NCBI RefSeq assembly: GCF_001194135.2
Contig: NC_068981.1
Location: 182,067,845 to 182,103,318, forward strand
Length of the DNA: 35,474 bases
DNA from: Octopus bimaculoides
Taxonomy: Eukaryota
Direction of reading: 5' to 3'
Shown: positions 33,099 through 35,474 of the stretch, one piece after another
Numbering within the stretch: position 1 is the first letter of the stretch
Layout of the letters: each line of letters begins with the position of its first letter
Notes under the pieces: generated by a model
The model's database searches: none
What the model was told of the DNA's origin: nothing
Seen by the model: only the letters and a program-made list of their open reading frames with translations
Program-made: the position numbers and the translations under genes

Positions 33099-33120
33099 TA
33101 ACCGTGGCTGTGTTATTAAC

Positions 33121-33390
33121 CGCAGGTGTGGCTGTGTGGTAAGAAGCTTCCTTCCCAACGACATGGTTCCGGGTTCAGTCCCACTGCATGGCACCTTGTC
33201 TGCGTTTGACCCCACCACCATTGCTTGACAACTGATGTTGGTGTGTTTATGTCTCTGTAACTTAGCGGTTCGGCATAAGAAATCGATAGAACAAGTACTA
33301 GGCTTACAAAGAATAAGTCCTGGGATCGATTTGTTCGACTAAAGGCGGTGCTCCAGCATGGCTGCAGTCAAATGACTGAAACAAATAAAA
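33121..33390 (+). mobile_element. SINE family D, internally deleted
   Basis: cgcaggtgtggctgtgtggtaag..gggttcagtcccactgcatggcaccttg joined to the 3' half ..ggcggtgctccagcatgg..aatgactgaaac. Confidence 0.88.
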
Positions 33391-33624
33391 GAAAAAAAAA
33401 AGGAATAAAATAAATGAATAAATAAATAAAAGCAAGAAAAATCAAGGTGGATGGTCACAGTTGGAATGTCTTTGATTACAGTCCTGCTCAGTCAGGGTCA
33501 GCCTGGAGATAAACAACATGTTTTTAGAATTTGTGTTCAGTTCTTAACCTCCCAAGTCAGCTGAGACAATTGATACTTCTTATTTGCACAGTTTTCATAT
33601 CTTCTGCACAAAAAGAAATAAGAC

Positions 33625-33870
33625 TTTTCTTTCTTTCTTTCTTCCTTCGTTCGTTCCTTCCTGTCTTTCTTTCTTCCTTCCTTTCTTTCTCTTTCTTTCT
33701 TTCTTCTTTTCTTTCTTTTTATTTCTCTTTATTTCTGAATTTCTTTCTCCTTGTTGTTTGTTTCCTTTCTTTCTTTCTTTCTTTCTTTCTTCCTTCCTTC
33801 CTTTCTTTGTTCTTTTCTTTCTTTTTCTTTCTATTTATTTCTGAATTTCTTTCTCTTTGTTGTCTGTTTC

Positions 33871-33911
<41 letters not shown>

Positions 33912-34028
33912 TTCGTTCGTTCGTTCCTTCCTGTCTTTCTTTCTTTCTTCCTTCCTTCCTTCCTTTCTTCTTTTCTTTCTTTTTATTTCTCTTTATTTCT
34001 GAATTTCTTTCTCTTTGTTGTCTGTTTC

Positions 34029-34073
<45 letters not shown>

Positions 34074-34179
34074 TTCCTTTTTTCCTTTCTTTCTTTTTCC
34101 TTCCTTCCTCTCTTTTTCTTTCTTTCTTTCTTTTTCTTTCTCTTTATTTCTGAATTTCTTTCTCTTTGTTGTTTGTTTC

Positions 34180-34212
<33 letters not shown>

Positions 34213-34507
34213 TTCCTTTTTTCCTTTCTTTCTTCTTTCTCTCTTCCTCTCTTTTTCTTTCTTTCTTTCTTTTTATTTCTCTTTAACTCTGTCTTTCTTT
34301 CTCTTTGTTGTGTTTGCTTTTTCTTTCTTTCTTCCTTCCTTCCTTCTTTTCTTTTGTTCTTTCTTTCTTCCTTCTTTCTTTTCTTTTGTTCTTTCTTTCT
34401 TCCTGTCTTCCTTTCTTTCTTCTTCCCTTTCTTTCTTCCTTCCTTCTTGTCTTTCTGTGTTTCTTTCTTTCTTTCTCTTTCTTTCTTTCTTTCTTTCGTT
34501 CTTCTTT

Positions 34508-34539
<32 letters not shown>

Positions 34540-34615
34540 TCCTTCTTTCCTTCTTTCTTCCTTTCTTCCTTTCTTCCTTCCTTCCTTCCTTCCCCTACCC
34601 CGCTCTCTCTTTCTT
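33625..34615. repeat. About 1-kb (CTTT)n/(CCTT)n array with higher-order periodicity of roughly 110-160 bp
   Basis: ATTTCTGAATTTCTTTCTC..TGTTG recurs at about 33731, 33836, 33995 and 34146, with a variant near 34285. Confidence 0.92.
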
Positions 34616-34856
34616 TCAAATTCCTCACTGAGGTCTGATTAAAGTTAATCTTGTTTTTATTACAGCTGTTATTGTTGATGTTGATTTTGTTGTTGCTGCT
34701 ACTACTGCTACTGCTGCTACCATTGTTGTTTGACTTCACAGCAAACACATTCTTAAAGACATTCTACCTGGGACCATCCAGTCTTCTCAGGCATAGTTTA
34801 CCTAAGACTACACAATATCTAAAACACTTGTTATAAAACTGAAAAAAAAGCATGAT

Positions 34857-34926
<70 letters not shown>

Positions 34927-34982
34927 TATGGGGTGGGGTGAGATGAGCTGCTATTTCTAGCAAATTGTGTGAGTACCTAGAG

Positions 34983-35119
34983 CAGGCATGGGCAATCTTT
35001 TCCAAGAAGTGGGCTGCATGAGACATGACTCATGATCAGGCTGACTAAAATAGCTGAAGGTATTTTTTATCAGGCATTCCATCAAGAAAGTCCTACTGAT
35101 CATAGGTTGCCCATGATTG
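34983..35119. mobile_element. hAT-like MITE; a second hAT left end (cagtggtcctcaacc) starts at 35128
   Basis: TIR CAGGCATGGGCAA / CAATCATGGGCAA; flanks ACCTAGAG and ATGTAGAT (5/8, NTCTAGAN-like). Confidence 0.6.
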
Positions 35120-35229
35120 ATGTAGATCAGTGGTCCTCAACCAGGGTCCACGTGACCCTTGACGGGCCCTGCATTAAGATTTTTTTCTTAAAATTTCTGC
35201 ACATTAAATTGATTATACTTCTATGATTC

Positions 35230-35438
35230 TTTTATTCTTTTACTTGTTTCAATCATTTCACTGTGGCCATGCTGGAGCACTGCCTTAAACGGTTTTTAGG
35301 TGAAGGAATCAACCCCAGGACTTATTCTTTGTAAGCCTAGTACTTATTCTATCGATCTTTTTTGCTGAACTGCTAATGTTACAGGGATGTAACATTGGTT
35401 GTCAAACAATAGTGGGGGCAAACACAGACACACGCACA

Positions 35439-35474
<36 letters not shown>
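35230..35474 (-). mobile_element. SINE family D, 3' half running into (CA)n at the window end
   Basis: cttttacttgtttc..gtggccatgctggagcac..ccccaggacttattctttgtaagcctagtacttattctatc matches 24553-24760. Confidence 0.88.

Noticed and set aside
33531-34748. F/L/S-rich and K/E/R-rich ORFs up to 251 aa
   Set aside because: Translation of (CTTT)n.

Overview
AT-rich, repeat-saturated eukaryotic non-coding DNA. The SINE set and microsatellite load suggest a cephalopod (Octopus-like) genome; this is an inference from pattern recognition, not a search. I find no intact protein-coding gene, rRNA, true tRNA, CRISPR array or prokaryotic system. The long ORFs in the track are microsatellite or N-gap artefacts, or decayed transposon fragments. 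Supported content: (i) many tRNA-derived SINE copies in about four head/body/tail combinations; (ii) decayed mariner elements, including one copy (9356-12345) split by up to five nested insertions and one head-to-head double-5'-end copy; (iii) three GG...CC MITEs with 8-bp TSDs (Merlin-like), one carrying TTAGGG repeats; (iv) hAT and Tigger-like MITEs; (v) a 1077-bp solo LTR with a 4-bp TSD and a compact promoter; (vi) CR1-like and RTE LINE 3' fragments; (vii) at least five minimal type I hammerhead-ribozyme motifs of the Penelope-like-element kind, plus a 175-bp insert with two hammerhead-like cores flanked by an exact 21-bp direct repeat. A + strand host gene is possible (donor-like site at 34, exon-like segments near 29.8 and 30.5 kb) but unproven. 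All alignments and folds were done by eye.
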